Source: Macrostomum lignano (Eukaryota). From it: a DNA stretch of 64,000 nucleotides. Within the stretch, counting starts at the first letter, position 1. Each line of letters opens with the position of its first letter. Under the pieces are notes generated by a model, which was not told the DNA's origin, made no database searches, and was given only the letters and a program-made list of their open reading frames with translations. Location of the stretch: positions 744,001 through 808,000 of the forward strand of contig NIVC01000180.1 of the NCBI GenBank assembly GCA_002269645.1. The letters run 5' to 3'. Positions 23,956 to 52,029 of the stretch are shown one piece after another. Made by a program: the position numbers and the translations under genes.

Positions 23956-24324
23956 GGGGGGGGGGGCGTAGCCCAGCGGTAGCGCAGCTGCTCTGCTGTG
24001 CCAGCGACCCAGGCTCGATTCCAAGTGCAGTCACATTAATTTGGGGCTGAATTGGAATCTCGGCTTGGCTCTGCTCGTGCAATTAACGGCCTTGAGAGCC
24101 AACCCCCCAAGGCGCAGTGAAGTGTACATGCCCAACGATAATATAAAGTTAGGGCCGCTGTACATTCCTGTGTGAGTGTGTGCCTGCGTATGTATCCGCG
24201 CGCTTGTATGTCTGTCTGCTCAAGGGAGTCGGCGGAATGGGCAGTAATGCCTCTCGCCGGTTGTGTGCCTATGTCGCTTAAATTGCGCCAGGGTGCACAC
24301 AACCCCCTGCCTCTAATAAAAAAA
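23956..24324 (+). mobile_element. Full-length tRNA-derived SINE (~365 bp)
   Basis: Poly-G start, box A/B, AATAAAAAAA end, TSD CTATTTGACC (23945-23954, 24328-24337). Homologous over its whole length to 51609-51966. Confidence 0.9.
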
Positions 24325-24534
24325 TTCCTATTTGACCTGTCATCTGCAACGCGTCTGAAACGACTCTGGGGCGACGCAAGTGACTCCGGGATGCTTCTTG
24401 GCCTGGGTACCGCTTTCATCGGGTTCTGGTCTTACACAATGCTCAGTTGAAGTTGCCCTGCTCTTATGGCAAGCATTTTAATCCCAGCCTTTAGAGAAAG
24501 TTGTCATGTCGTTTCTGTTACTAGCTCAGCTACG

Positions 24535-25050
24535 ATGAAGCCCGAGCACTCATCCAGCAAAACAAATTCCAACAGCAATAGCAAGCGGAATAAGCAGCAA
24601 AAGCAGCAACAGCAGCGAAAGAAAATCAAAGCCGGCAGCAGCAGCAGCAGTCTGGCCAGGGTGGCGGCCCGGGCTGATCCGCAACTGGCGGCCGCTGCAC
24701 GCGAATACCGCGACTTCCTCAAGCGCGAAGGCCTCCTGGCGCAGTCCGCCGTGTTTGGGCGGCGACGCCGGCGGCAGAAGCAGCAGGACGAGCAGCAGCA
24801 GAAGCAGCCAGTTGAGCCTTCGGCCTCGTCGCACCGTGGCAAGCTGGCCAAGCTCGAGGCCGCTCAGCAGCGCCGTCGGCAGGAGCGACAGGCGGCGACG
24901 GAGGCGCGGACGGCGAAGCGGGCCGCTCGGCAGGCGCAGCGGCGGGAGCGGAACGCGGCAATGAGCCGGGTGAACCAGCGAGGCCAGCCGGTGATGAAGC
25001 ATCGGATGCAGCTGCTGCTGGGCCAGCTGGAAGCTGCTAGACAGACCTGA
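24535..25050 (+). CDS. CCDC59: CCDC59/TAP26/Fyv7-like rRNA-processing protein, single exon, 171 aa
   Basis: Basic coiled coil ending in NQRGQPVMKHRMQLLLGQL, which matches the family C-terminal motif (GQP-x-M/L...LL). AATAAA at ~25110. Confidence 0.7.
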   Translation: MKPEHSSSKTNSNSNSKRNKQQKQQQQRKKIKAGSSSSSLARVAARADPQLAAAAREYRDFLKREGLLAQSAVFGRRRRRQKQQDEQQQKQPVEPSASSHRGKLAKLEAAQQRRRQERQAATEARTAKRAARQAQRRERNAAMSRVNQRGQPVMKHRMQLLLGQLEAARQT

Positions 25051-25215
25051 ATTCAATTGGCCTTCGCTTTGATTTCTTAGAATTTGACAGTCGCATTTAA
25101 ATTGACACGATAATAAACATTGTGAGATGCCAAGTCATTTGGGTCTTTGTCTTTGTCTTTTTCCCCAGGTAATTTATCTAGTAGAAGCCTAGTAGTTTTT
25201 TAATTAATAATCTCT

Positions 25216-25660
25216 CCAAGGACTACTCAAGTAGAAGGATGGAAAACTAACGTTTCTTGGAAAATTTTAGGAGGCCGGTTTCTTCGAAAAAATACGCTAC
25301 GGAGATAGGACGTTTTCTTTTTTCAGCACGAAAATTGTTATTGCTTTCGATAGAGGCAGATCCAGTGTTCATATTTTGATATGTTGTGCCTTTTTTACAG
25401 CTCTATTGATATTCATGAAGCTGTTTGTTCAGAAAATTAAGGTCCAATGTTAATTTTATATTCTGCATACAATTGTACAATAGCCATGTGCGTAAGGCTT
25501 TTATGATTTTTAGGTCTGTCTCCTATCGAAAGCAATAAAACTTTTTGTGCTGAGAAATAGAAAACTTCCTATCTCAGTAGTGAATTTTTTTTCAAAAAGA
25601 CCAGCCTCCTAAAATTTTCCAAGAAACGTTAGTTTCCCGTCCTACGTGACTAGTCCTTGG
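25216..25660. mobile_element. 445-bp MITE with ~145-bp imperfect TIRs
   Basis: CCAAGGACTA...TAGTCCTTGG termini; exact 6-bp flanking repeat ATCTCT (25210-25215, 25661-25666). Confidence 0.8.
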
Positions 25661-25832
25661 ATCTCTATTTATAGATCCTGAAGTCATTCTTGAAGGTTTT
25701 TCTCACCGCAAGCCGCTTTAACCCTCGGTTTGACTGCAGATGCAGCGGCTGCAGCTTTGCTGATCAACGGAATTTTGAGCAAGCAGCACAAATTTATATT
25801 AAAGACAGTTTAGTGAGCATCAGCAGAGCCGC

Positions 25833-28800
25833 ATGTCGGACTACTTCGACTTCCCCAGCGCTCCGGTGCTGGACGACGAAGGGGCCGCCCTCGAGGACGA
25901 CCTGAACGATGAGACTTTTGGCGGAGCTGCCGAGGCCACCGACTGGGAGGCCGAGCACGAGCGGCTGGCCGGCCTCGAGGACGATGGCGAATTCGTGGAG
26001 TTCGCCGGCCTGGATGACGATGACGAAGGCCAGCGGGAAGACAGCCGCGGCAACAATGGGGACAGCCTGGGAGCAGCTGCGATGCGCCTGCCCCAGGGGC
26101 ACCTCCAGGCCTATCAGAAGCAGCTGGAGGAGCTGCAGAGGCAGCACCAGCTGCAGTTCCAGCAGCAGCAGGCGCAGTTCCAGCAGCAGCACCACCAGCA
26201 CCATCACAAGCCGCCGGAGCAGCCGGCAAAAGTCGCCACGCCCAATCTTGATGGCGCGGCTGATTTGGACGAGTTCTGTCCGCTGGAGGACTTGAACGCC
26301 TTCTGCGACCGCCTGGTAGTTGACTCCGACGATGAACTTGACGACCCGTCAATCATCACGGTGTCCAAGAACCGGCCGATGCGGCCCCGCAACAGCAACA
26401 GCGCCACCTACGCGCCCGCCGCTGCGGCTGCCGCTGTCGGTGGCGGCGCAGTCCAGCCGGCGCTGCAGCAGCTGCCGCCGCCGCCGCCGCTGCAGATGCC
26501 GCCGCCTACCGCCTGGGCCGCTGCTGTGGCCGCCAATCTGAGCCGCCTTCCGGCGCATCAGCAGCAGCAGGCGGCGGCTGCGGCTGTCGCTGCCTTGGGC
26601 GCCAGCGGCATGACGGCCGATCCGAACGCCCTCATGCGGCACTTGGCGATGGCCGCCGCTATGGCAGCCACCAAGCAACAGCAGCAGCAGCAGCAGCCCG
26701 TTTTGCCACCTTTGTTCCAGCAGCTGCTGAGCTCCATGAACCTGGGCGGCCAGCAGCAGCAGCAGCCAAGTCCTCAGCAACTTGCCACCCTGCGCGCGCT
26801 TCAACAGACTCAGCGGATGAACGCCGCCGCTCCCATGCAGCAACAGCAACTTCAGCAGCAGCAGCAGCAGCAGCAACTTCAGCAGCAGTTTCAGCAGCAT
26901 CAACAGCAACACCGCGATCCTCGCCTGAGCCATCCCATGGTGCAGCCGAAGCCCAACTCTCTGTTCTCGTCTTTTCGCCGATGGCCGTCCGAATACGACA
27001 ACTTTATGACGCGCCGCGACAAGGACACCGTCATTGGCATTCAGAGCCGCGTGCTGGAAAAGGAGATGGAAGATCCGGTCACTTCCGACTATTATTATAT
27101 AACCTGGCGGCTCAAACAGGTGAGCTTGATTGCCTTGAAGACCCGTTGTAACCCCCCCCCTCCGCTGAGTCTAACCCCTCCCTCCACTGAGTCTAACCCC
27201 TCCCTCCACTGAGTCTAACGCCTTCCTCCACTGAGTCTAACGCCTCCCTCCACTGAGTCTAACCCCTTCCTCCACTGAGTCTAACGCCTCCCTCCACTGA
27301 GTCTAACCCCTTCCTCCACTGAGTCTAACGCCTCCCTCCACTGAGTCTAACCCCTTCCTCCACTGTGTCTAACCCCTCCCTCCACTGTGTCTAACCCCTT
27401 CCTCCACTGTGTCTAACGCCTCCCTGCACTGAGTCTAACCCCTCCCTCCACTGTGTCTAACCCCTTCCTCCACTGTGTCTAACGCCTCCCTGCACTGAGT
27501 CAAACCCCTACCTCCACTGAGTCAACCCCTCCCTCCACTGAGTCTAACGCCTTCCTGCACTGAGTCCAACCCCTCCCTGCACTGAGTCCAACCCCTCCCT
27601 GCACTGAGTCCAACCCCTCCCTGCACTGAGTCCAACCCCTCCCTGCACTGAGTCCAACCCCTACCTCCACTGAGTCAACCCCTCCCTCCACTGAGTCCAA
27701 CCCCTCCCTCTGAGTCAACCCCTCCTTCCACTGAGTTCAGACCCTCCAATCCGAACCCTCTATCCCAAGTCCTCAACGCCAGCGCCCAGCAGCACACACC
27801 CGAATCACTATTGTCTTCGCAAGAATGCATCGCAGTCTGTTTTTCAACCCGCAGGCCCGTCGCAGCAACCCGGGCATTTTCCCCTCCATGCCCATCCCGG
27901 TGCCACGCTCCGCCGAGGACGGCCAGTCCGACCAGCCCTCCGGCGGCGACGCCGACGCATCAAGCGGGTTCGGGCGCCGGGCGGCCGAGCTGCGGATGAG
28001 CGGCACCCTTGGCTGTCTGACCACCTCCTCGGTGCACACTCCCCGGCAGACTATCGACATTCGCCGACTCGCTAGCGACGCGCAGGTGCCAGCAGTGTTT
28101 TCCCAATGTCGAATATTTATTCTTTAGTAGAGCTTCTCTTAGAGAGATGACCCCTATCCGGAAGTAGAGGATCTCTATCCTGAAGTAGGGGATCTCTGTC
28201 CGGAAGTAGAGGATCTCTGTCCGGAAGTAGAGGATCTCTGTCCGGAAGTAGAGGATCTCTATCCTGAAGTAGGGGATCTCTGTCCGGAAGTAGAGGATCT
28301 CTGTCCGGAAGTAGAGGATCTCTGTCCGGAAGTAGAGGATCTCTGTCCGGAAGTAGAGGATCTCTGTCCGGAAGTAGAGGATCTCTGTCCGGAAGTAGGG
28401 GATCTCTGTCCGGAAGTAGGGGATCTCTATCCTGAAGTAGGGGATCTCTGTCCGGAAGTAGAGGATCTCTGTCCGGAAGTAGGGGATCTCTATCCTGAAG
28501 TCAGGGGAATATCTATCCTGAAGTAGGGGGTCTCTCTGAAATATGGGGATCTCTAACCCCAAGTAAGGGATCTCTATCCGAAATCTGGGGGATCTCTATC
28601 CCTAAGTAAGGGATCTCTATCCGCCAGTAAGGGATCTCTATCCGCCAGTAAGGGGTCTCTATCCAAAATTTGGGGGATCTCTATCCGGAAGTAGGGGATC
28701 TCTACCAAAGTGGCACTGCCCAATGCAACCTCGCCATTTTCAGACCTCTCCATCGGAGGCCCCGACCGCGGCTCCAGCCGACATTGAGCACCTGCGCCAT

Positions 28801-31375
28801 CTCGGTCTCATGCTCCGCATCGAGTCTCTCTACTGCGTCTACCTGAGATTCGACGACTGTGAGAAGCGGTACCTGACCAGCTCGGAGCCCGAGAAGCGGC
28901 ACATCTGCGTTACTGAGCGGCGGAAGGCACTCGAAGCTCTGTGCTCGGGATTCTTTGGCGACTCCGAGCTGCCACTGTTGCTGTCCGTAAGTGAGAACAT
29001 TGAGAGCATCCGTCCCTAATTATCCCTCTGTGATTATCCCTTCCTGATTTCCCTCCCTGATTTACCCTCCCTGTTTATCCCTCCCTGATTATCCCTCCCT
29101 GATTATCCCTCCCTGATTATCCCTCCCTGATTATCCCTCCCTGATTATCCCTCCCTGATTATCCCTCTGTGATTATCCCTCCCTGATTATCCCTTCCTGA
29201 TTATCCCTCCCTGATTATCCCTCCCTGATTATCCCTCCCTGATTATCCCTCCCTGATTAACCCTCCCTGATTAACCCTCCCTGATTATCCCTCCCTGATT
29301 ATCCCTTCCTGATTATCCCTTCCTGATTATCCCTCCCTGATTATCCCTCCTATCCCTCCCTGATTATCCCTCCCTGATTAACCCTCTGTGATTATCCCTC
29401 CCTGATTATCCCTCTGTGATTATCCCTCCCTGATTATCCCTCCCTGATTAACCCTCCCTGATTATCCCTCCCTGATTAACCCTCCCTGATTATCCCTCCC
29501 TGATTATCCCTCCCTGATTATCTCTCCCTGATTATCCCTCCCTGATTATCCCTCCCTGATTATCCCTCCCTGATTATCCCTTCTTGATTATCCCTCCCTG
29601 ATTATCCCTTCTTGATTATCCCTCCCTGATTATCCCTTCTTGATTATCCCTCCCTGATTAACCCTCCCTGATTATCCCTCCCTGATTATCCCTCCCTGAT
29701 TATCCCTTCCTGATTATCCCTCCCTGATTATCCCTCCCTGATTATCCCTCCCTGATTATCCCTCCCTGATTATCCCTCCCTGATTATCCCTCCCTGATTA
29801 ACCCTCTGTGATTATCCCTCCCTGATTATCCCTCCCTGATTATCCCTCCCTGATTATCCCTTCCTGATTATCCCTCCCTGATTATCCCTCCCTGATTATC
29901 CCTCCCTGATTAACCCTCCCTGATTATCCCTCCCTGATTATCCCTCCCTGATTATCCCTCCCTGATTATCCCTTCCTGATTATCCCTCCCTGATTATCCC
30001 TCCCTGATTATCCCTCCCTGATTATCCCTCCCTGATTATCCCTCCCTGATTATCCCTTCCTGATTATCCCTTCCTGATTATCCCTCCCTGATTATCCCTC
30101 CTATCCCTCCCTGATTATCCCTCCCTGATTAACCCTCTGTGATTATCCCTCCCTGATTATCCCTCTGTGATTATCCCTCCCTGATTATCCCTCCCTGATT
30201 AACCCTCCCTGATTATCCCTCCCTGATTATCCCTCCCTGATTAACCCTCCCTGATTATCCCTCCCTGATTATCCCTCCCTGATTATCCCTTCCTGATTAT
30301 CCCTCCCTGATTATCCCTCCCTGATTATCCCTCCCTGATTATCCCTCCCTGATTATCCCTCCCTGATTATCCCTCCCTGATTATCCCTTCCTGATTATCC
30401 CTCCCTGATTATCCCTCCCTGATTAACCCTCTGTGATTATCCCTCCCTGATTATCCCTCTGTGATTATCCCTCCCTGATTATCCCTCCCTGATTATCCCT
30501 CCCTGATTATCCCTCCCTGATTATCCCTCCCTGATTATCCCTCCCTGATTATCCCTCCCTGATTAACCCTCCCTGATTATCCCTCCCTGATTATCCCTTC
30601 CTGATTAACCCTCCCTGATTAACCCTCCCTGATTATCCCTCCCTGATTATCCCTCCCTGATTAACCCTCCCTGATTAACCCTCCCTGATTATCCCTCCCT
30701 GATTATCCCTCTGTGATTATCCCTCCCTGATTATCCCTCCCTGTTTATATCTCCCTCTGAACATCCCACTCTGATGATCCCTCTGTTTATCCAACTCTTA
30801 TCTGTTCACCTTCTGTTTACCCTTTCGGTTTATGCGTATGATTCCCCCCGCTACCACCCGCCCAGGTTCGCAAAGGCCGCCGCCTATTGAAAAGCGTGCT
30901 AAACAGCTGCGACAAAGACCTGCTATTCTCGGCTTTGCGCACTTTGTTAACCAGCCTGCCCGGCCTGCGGCAGCAGCAGCTCGAGCCTGACGGCCTCACC
31001 GAGCTGTCCCTGGCATTCAGCGCTGCCATCCGCAGGCTCGAGTCCAACCTGGTTGAGGAGCTGCTCAGCTTTGCCCTACAGGCCGAGCCCAGGTCTTTGT
31101 TCTGCCACGAGCTGCCCTGCCATTGGTTCTTCGACCTGCTGGGCCGGCACGCGCATTTCTGCTTGGCCCGCTCCGACCCGACCGGACTGCGGCGCCTGGT
31201 TGACCGCGTGGCCGCCGCCCTCGCCGAGCTGCCGTCCGACTCGCTGGCCTGCATCGCCTCCGCTCTGCCGACTTCCAGCCACCTGCACGGCCAGCTGGTT
31301 GACCACCTGGCGCCGCCTGTCCGACTTTTGGCCGAGCGGAAATTCACTAAAATCCTGCTGCCCGCCGACAGCTAA
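25833..31375 (+). CDS. PATL1: Pat1/PATL1 mRNA-decay factor; exons 25833-27119, 27855-28085, 28744-28986, 30866-31375 (756 aa)
   Basis: N-terminal NDETFG, Q/P-rich region, FMTRRDKDTVIGIQ, DYYY, GTLGCLTTSSVHTPRQTID and LSVRKGRRLL. All junctions are GT-AG and phase-consistent. AATAAA at ~31382. Confidence 0.92.
27150..27735. repeat. PATL1 intron 1 minisatellite, 22-bp unit (CCACTGAGTCTAACCCCTCCCT)
   Basis: Tandem copies fill the intron. Confidence 0.92.
28148..28700. repeat. PATL1 intron 2 minisatellite, 21-bp unit (GGATCTCTGTCCGGAAGTAGA)
   Basis: Tandem copies; source of ORF 27960..28562. Confidence 0.92.
29018..30760. repeat. PATL1 intron 3 minisatellite, 14-bp unit (GATTATCCCTCCCT), ~120 copies
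   Basis: 1.7 kb of tandem copies with TTAAC and CTGT variants. Confidence 0.97.
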
Positions 31376-31574
31376 GGCTTGAATAAATCCTCATGCTGCT
31401 TCTCTGATGTAGATGCCTGGCGCTCCAAATATCAGTCTGAAAAGTATCCTATCGGGAGCTTTGAAGTTGCATGGAAAATCCCTTTGAAAATAATTTTATT
31501 ACGTATTGTATGAATTTTACCGAAGAATAGTTCAAATAAAGTTATTTTTCCCCGATCATGGAATGCCACCGAGA

Positions 31575-32690
31575 CTAATCAATCCTAGAATCCCACCGGA
31601 AGTTTGGTGATCTCAATTCTAAAATCCCACCGGAAGTTTGGTGATCCCAATTCTAAAATCCCACCGGAAGTTTGGTGATCCCAGTCCTGAAATGCCACCG
31701 GAAGTTTTGGTGATCCCAATCCGAGATACCCACCGGAAGTTTTGTAATTCCAATCCTAGAATCCCACCGGAAGTTTGGTGATCCCAACCCTAGAATCCCA
31801 TCGGAAGTTTTGTGATCCCAACCCTGGAAATGCCACCGGAAGTTTGGTGATCCCAATCCTGGAAATGCCACCGGAAGTTTGGTGATCCCAATCCTGGAAA
31901 TGCTACCGGAAGTTTGGTGATCCCAATCCTGGAAATGCCACCGGAAGTTTGGTGATCCCAATCCTGGAAATGCCACCAGAAGTTTGGTGATCCCAATTCT
32001 AAAATCCCACCGGAAGTTTGGTGATCCCAATCCGAGATACCCACCGGAAGTTTTGTAATTCCAATCCTAGAATCCCACCGGAAGTTTGGTGATCCCAACC
32101 CTAGAATCCCATCGGAAGTTTTGTGATCCCAACCCTGGAAATGCCACCGGAAGTTTGGTGATCCCAATCCTGGAAATGCCACCGGAAGTTTGGTGATCCC
32201 AATCCTGGAAATGCTACCGGAAGTTTGGTGATCCCAATCCTGGAAATGCCACCGGAAGTTTGGTGATCCCAATCCTGGAAATGCCACCGGAAGTTTGGTG
32301 ATCCCAATCCTGGAAATGCCACCGGAAGTTTTGTGATCCCAATTCTAAAATCCCACCGGAAGTTTGGTGATCCCAATTCTAAAATCTCACCGTAAGTTTG
32401 GTGATCCCAATCCTGGAAATGCCACCGGAAGTTTGGTGATCCCAATCCTGGAAATGCTACCGGAAGTTTGGTGATCCCAATCCTGGAAATGCCACCGGAA
32501 GTTTGGTGATCCCAATCCTGGAAATGCCACCGGAAGTTTGGTGATCCCAATTCTAAAATCCCACCGGAAGTTTGGTGATCCCAATCCTAGATACCCACCG
32601 GAAGTTTGGTGATCCCAATCCTAGAATCCCACCGGAAGTTTGGTGATCCCAACCCTAAAATCCCACCGGAAGTTTGGTGATTTCAAATTC
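31575..32690. repeat. 35-bp minisatellite (CCACCGGAAGTTTGGTGATCCCAATCCTGGAAATG) with a higher-order block duplication
   Basis: About 31 copies between PATL1 and DHX8. Confidence 0.95.
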
Positions 32691-33441
32691 TAATCCTATA
32701 ATCCTAAATTTAGAGTGTATGTAGGGAAAAATTTAGGAATTTTCTCACCTCTGCTCTCATACTACTTACTGATCAATCGAAAAGTAGCTACTGCAGCATC
32801 TGTTCTGGCATAGTCGACATGATTTTTTGGTGTTTTCTTCTCTCTTGTTAATTCTGGTACTGACTGGCTGGGCGGCAACTTTTTTATTAGCTTTTTTTGC
32901 TATTCAAATGCATCCCCGTGCTCCAGCTCCAGGTCCGTACCTGTACCTGATTTTGCCACTAGTATGCCTGATATAATGCTGAACTGATGTTTAAGGACAA
33001 GCCGGCTGTGCGCTCATGCCAGCTGTTAAATATAATTTCTATAAAGCGTAGAGTTCTCTGTTTCACCTGAATGAAAGCAATGGCCCAATTCCTCGACCTA
33101 GTGCGCTATCGCATGTACTTTATGCCCATAGCTCTGCTGGCAGTGCCCAGCCCTGTTCCGCTGGTTCTTTATCGAGCGGCACAAATCATGTTTCACCCCC
33201 TTTTTTATTAGCTTGCGGCTACTTTGATTACAATTTTACATTTTGAACCCCAGCCTCACGCTCCGCCCAGTTTGCGGGCCGTCATAGTTCCCTTCTGTTT
33301 GAGAATTATTTTAATTTATGCGTATCAGTCAGCTTTTTCCTGCACCCGATGGGCTAATGTTTAGAGTGCAAAAATGACCAGCCACTGCAGCCCGAGTTCT
33401 TTGTTGTTTTATTGCTCTGGTTTGCTAGGCTGGCAGACTAA

Positions 33442-34052
33442 TTATCTCACCTTAGACCGGACTGCACACCTGCCCAGATAATTATCTCACCTCAGACCGG
33501 ACTGCACACCTGCCCAGATAATTATCTCACCTCAGACCGGACTGCACACCTGCCCAGATAATTATCTCACCTCAGACCGGACTGCACACCTGCCCAGATA
33601 ATTATCTCACCTCAGACCGGACTGCACACCTGCCCAGATAATTATCTCACCTCAGACCGGACTGCACACCTGCCCAGATAATTATCTCACCTCAGACCGG
33701 ACTGCACACCTGCCCAGATAATTATCTCACCTCAAACCGGACTGCACACCTGCCCAGATAATTATCTCACCTCAGACCGGACTGCACACCTGCCCAGATA
33801 ATTATCTCACCTCAGACAGGACTGCTCGCCCACTAACTTAGCTAATTATCTCACCTCGCCTCAGACAGGAGTGCCCGCCCACTAACTTAGCTAATTATCT
33901 CACCTCGCCTCAGACAGGAGTGCCCGCCCACTAACTTAGCTAATTATCTCACCTCGCCTCAGACAGGACTGCCCGCCCACTAACTTAGCTAATTATCTCA
34001 CCTCACCCCAGACAGGACTGCCCGCCCACTAGCTTAGTTAATTATCTCACCT
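33442..34052. repeat. Two linked arrays upstream of DHX8: 40-bp unit x9, then a related 49-bp unit x~5
   Basis: Shared core AATTATCTCACCTC; ends ~65 bp before the DHX8 ATG. Confidence 0.93.
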
Positions 34053-34117
34053 CACGAGTTGCCATTGACTCAAAAGCATATCTCATCCACATGCATGCTT
34101 CAATCAAGCTCGCAACA

Positions 34118-49721
<15,604 letters not shown>

Positions 49722-49829
49722 GGCTGCCGGGGAGACGTACTATCAGTCACCGCTGCGCTGTGCTGCCCGCCAACCAATGCGGATTGCTACTGAAGCACAT
49801 TAAGCTGTTGTTAATGAGAATTGTTTCTA

Positions 49830-50345
49830 AACTATCATAAGAATTGCCCCCGAACTATCATGAGAATTGCCCCCGAATTATCATTAGAATTGCCCCCCCC
49901 CACCGAGGCATCATCGCCCCTGAATAATCATTGCCCCTGAATCATCGTGGAATCGCCCCTGAAGCATTATCGCCCCTGAATAATCATTGCCCCTGAATCA
50001 TCGTGGAATCGCCCCTGAAGCATTATCGCCCCTGAACCATCATTGCCCCTGAATCATCGTGGAATCGCCCCTGAACCATCATCGCCCTGAATCATCATGA
50101 GAATCGCCCCTGAATCATCATGAGAATCGCCCCTGAAGCATTATCGCCCCTGAATCATCATGAGAATCGCCCCTGAATCATCATGAGAATTGCCCCTGAA
50201 TCATCATGAGAATTGCCCCTGAATCATCATGAGAATTGCCCCTGAATCATCATGAGAATTGCCCCCCTCCGAGGCATCATCGCCCCTGAATAATCATCAG
50301 AATCGCCCCTGAATCATGTAAATCCACCTGAACCATCGTGAGAAT
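49830..50345. repeat. Degenerate ~23-bp array (GAATTGCCCCTGAATCATCATGA) downstream of DHX8
   Basis: Tandem variants. Confidence 0.85.
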
Positions 50346-50874
50346 CACTCTGAAGCACGCGAAGACTCGGCCTCCTGAAACTGAGTCGTGCAGAAAGCAT
50401 CATAAGTAAAGTTGATGAATATTCCATGTGCAAAAGAATATCTGCTGCTTTCATATTTAATTTTCACAAATGCCTGACAGTGCTTCTCTTGTTCCTTTTA
50501 ATAAGTTTGTACTCAATCTGTACAAAATGTTGCATATTTAGAAAATTAAAGTACATTTGGCTGCGTTTCAGGGTTTGCTGTGAACTCGGCAACCTCAAAT
50601 AAACTGTTGGTCTCGAAATGCTTATTCAAATTGTATGATTAATGAAATGCGTGAAACACGGGGTTGCCATTGTTGCTTCTGTTTTATCTGCTTTGCTGTA
50701 GGTTGCAGCCTGTCTTGAAATGACAAGACCGTAAAAGAAGGTTAAAGAGGCTTGTCAGTAATTGCTTTGCTGCCTGGCACTGCCATCGGAAGCGCCTGAG
50801 CTCGCCTGAGCCTCAGTTGCTACGGATGCCGCTGAGCTATCATTGGCCCGGCATCGTCCTGCTGAACCAGCGAT

Positions 50875-51608
50875 CATGAGAATCACTAATCCATGAGAAT
50901 CACCACAGACATAAGAATCACCACAGACATGAGAATCACCGCAAAGCCATGAGAATCACCACAGAACCATGAGAACCACCGCAAAGCCATGAGAATCACC
51001 ACAGAACCATGAGAACCACCGCAAAGCCATGAGAATCACCTCAGAACCATGAGAACCACTGCAAAGCCATGAGAATCACCACAGAACCATGGGAATCACC
51101 GCAAAACATGGGAATCACCTCAGAGCCATGAGAGCCACTGCAAAGCCATGAGAATCACCACAGAACCATGAGAACCCCCGCAAAGCCATGAGAATCACCA
51201 CAAAACCATGAGAATCACCACAAAACCATGAGAATCACCACAAAACATGAGAATCACCACAGAACCATGAGAACCACTGCAAAGCCATGAGAATCACCAC
51301 AAAACATGAGAATTACCTCAGAACCATGAGAACCACTGCAAAGCCATGAGAATCACCACAGAACCATGAGAATCACCGCAAAACATGGGAATCACCTCAG
51401 AACCATGAGAACCACTGCAAAGCCATGAGAATCACCACAAAACCATGAGAACCACCGCAAAGCCATGAGAATCACCACAGAACCATGAGAACCACCGCAA
51501 AGCCATGAGAATCACCACAAAACCATGAGAATCACTGCAAAGCCATGAGAATCACTACAGAACCACCGCAAAGCCATGAGAATCACCACAGAACCATGAG
51601 AACCACCA
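50875..51608. repeat. ~20-bp array (CATGAGAATCACCACAGAAC / CATGAGAACCACCGCAAAGC), interrupted by a SINE
   Basis: Tandem variants; continues briefly after 51966. Confidence 0.9.
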
Positions 51609-51966
51609 TTTATTAGAGGCAGGGGGGTTGTGTGCACCCTGGCGCACTTCAAGCGACATAGGCACACAACCGGCGAGAGGCATTACTGCCCATTCCGCCG
51701 ACTCCCCTGAGCAGGCATACAAGCGCGCGGATACGTACGCAGGCACACACTCACGCAGGTGTACAGCGGCCCTAACTTTATTTTATCGTTAGGCATGTAC
51801 ACTTCACTGCGCCTTGGGGGGTTGGCTCTCAAGGCCGTTAATTGCACGAGCAGAGCCAAGCCGAGATTCCAATTCAGCCCCAAATTAATGTGACTGCACT
51901 TGGAATCGATCACCTGGGTCGCTGGCACACCAGAGCAGCTGCGCTACCGCTGGGCTACGGCCCCCC
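51609..51966 (-). mobile_element. Full-length tRNA-derived SINE, same family as 23956-24324
   Basis: Reverse-complement homology over the full length; 12-bp TSD TGAGAACCACCA (51597-51608, 51967-51978). Confidence 0.92.
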
Positions 51967-52029
51967 TGAGAACCACCATAGAACCATGGGAATCACCACA
52001 AAACCATGAGAATTGCCACAAAACTATGA

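Larger units (their letters stand above)
22640..24408. mobile_element. Two abutting copies of a non-autonomous TIR element (CCCAGG...CCTGGG type), with an internal 49-bp array and an inserted SINE
   Basis: The TIR-like GATGACATAGGTCAAATAGAAAAGAAGTGATTCTGAACG recurs inverted at 22901-22943 and, interrupted by the SINE, at ~23925-24345. GCGACTC motifs throughout. Confidence 0.55.

Noticed and set aside
23956-24040. tRNA gene (also 4226-4300, 6255-6290, 51890-51966)
   Set aside because: Box A/B are present but there is no complete cloverleaf, and they continue into a shared SINE body with TSDs.
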